In this document: in pieces, positions 63,577-64,000 of the stretch | Layout: the number at the start of each line of letters is the position of its first letter | Position numbering within the stretch: the stretch's first letter is position 1 | NCBI GenBank assembly: GCA_030741355.1 | Contig: JASLVM010000001.1 | Span: 76,087-140,086, forward strand | Length of the DNA stretch: 64,000 nt | Direction: 5' to 3' | Origin: Poseidonia sp. | Lineage (GTDB): Archaea; Thermoplasmatota; Poseidoniia; Poseidoniales; Poseidoniaceae | Made by a program: the position numbers and the translations under genes | The notes under the pieces: model-generated | Databases searched by the model: none | What the model was told of the DNA's origin: nothing | What the model saw: the letters and a program-made list of their open reading frames with translations, nothing else

Positions 63577-64000
63577 TTAGAGGGTCATGGGGCCCCCAGC
63601 AGGCATTTCTTCCAGCATGGTGATGGCGTCACCGCGCAGGCTTGGACCGATGTTGAAGGTGCCAAAAATGCCCTTGTCCGCAAGGTTGTGCGAGAGCGAG
63701 AACCAGGTGCGACCGTAGGTGTCCACACGGATATCGAGGAAGTCGCCGAGGCCACCGCATCGGTTGTAGCCGCAATCCGGTTCGGTGTCGATGGGGTCGC
63801 CAACGCCGTTGAGTTGGACGGTCGTCAGCAGCGGCGTCTCGTTGAAGGCGTCCGTCGTGTACGTCAAGTAAGCGTTCCAAACCTCGCCCTCACCGGCCGT
63901 TTCCCCGACATAGCCGAAGGCCACGGTGCCCGCATCACCCGCGACCACGACCGGGAAGCCGGTGCCGGAGAGGTTGATGGGCGGGGCGATCATCGTGGCG
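63577..64000 (-). CDS. C-terminal part of a hypothetical protein. The gene starts beyond the window end.
   Basis: An open frame runs to the window edge. Only the tail ...GIFGTFNIGPSLRGDAITMLEEMPAGGPMTL is visible here. Confidence 0.35.
   Translation of the reverse strand, partial: ATMIAPPINLSGTGFPVVVAGDAGTVAFGYVGETAGEGEVWNAYLTYTTDAFNETPLLTTVQLNGVGDPIDTEPDCGYNRCGGLGDFLDIRVDTYGRTWFSLSHNLADKGIFGTFNIGPSLRGDAITMLEEMPAGGPMTL

Noticed and set aside
1-64000. Bacterial origin of the contig (suggested by bacterial-type RNase PH, UvrC and RibA, CCA-encoding tRNAs and frequent Shine-Dalgarno sequences).
   Set aside because: Trm5/TYW2 (not TrmD), a TrmB-family regulator, an archaeal-type NFACT N-terminus, A1-U72 tRNA-Gln, canonical TTTATATA boxes 26 bp upstream of leaderless ATGs and oligo-T terminators all favour an archaeon with bacterial-derived genes.

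Overview
This 64-kb window is gene-dense (about 57% GC) and most plausibly comes from a marine planktonic archaeon. The gene content fits Marine Group II / Poseidoniales-like Thermoplasmatota, but the taxon is an inference.

Evidence for an archaeal origin, read from the sequence:
- Archaeal-type genes are present: a Trm5/TYW2 tRNA methyltransferase, a TrmB-type regulator, an NFACT/Rqc2 homolog, and a tRNA-Gln with an A1-U72 pair.
- Leaderless TTTATATA-type TATA promoters sit about 26 bp upstream of ATG codons.
- Oligo-T terminators are present.
- Several bacterial-type genes are also present (RNase PH, UvrC, RibA).

Content, in order along the window:
- A partial lipoprotein gene, then tRNA-Gln(CUG).
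- Housekeeping and metabolic genes: a NUDIX-MBL fusion, quinone oxidoreductase, NFACT, an ArsC-family protein, thiolase, RNase PH, tRNA-Phe, MogA, a dihydroorotase-like amidohydrolase, and a divergent M32 carboxypeptidase / M29-like aminopeptidase pair.
- A roughly 13-kb block of surface-protein operons:
  - A 2112-aa type-I membrane protein with integrin-alpha (FG-GAP) and thrombospondin-type-3 (TSP3) repeats, coupled to a cytoplasmic EF-hand / polyQ / zinc-ribbon protein.
  - A second TSP3 protein co-transcribed with an Ig-like type-I protein and a membrane protein.
- A light/oxidative-stress island: a NUDIX-photolyase-SRPBCC/epimerase operon, a ribA-bcp-trmB-ubiB operon, and crtI-crtB.
- A BNR / GT4 / GT2 / TPMT cluster.
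- A 1609-aa beta-helix surface protein.
- Two tandem stand-alone RAM-domain genes convergent with a wHTH-STAND-ATPase-TPR regulator.
- uvrC.
- A 1039-aa surface protein.
- trm5, a membrane cyclophilin, an S15 peptidase, a receiver-only response regulator, and a JAMM protease.

No CRISPR array, transposase or integrase was seen.

The most unusual signals are:
- The eukaryote-like Ca-binding adhesion operons.
- A strongly over-represented 10-bp palindrome, TTCTATAGAA, that lies mostly inside genes.
- Several dyad and direct-repeat operator-like elements in divergent promoter regions.
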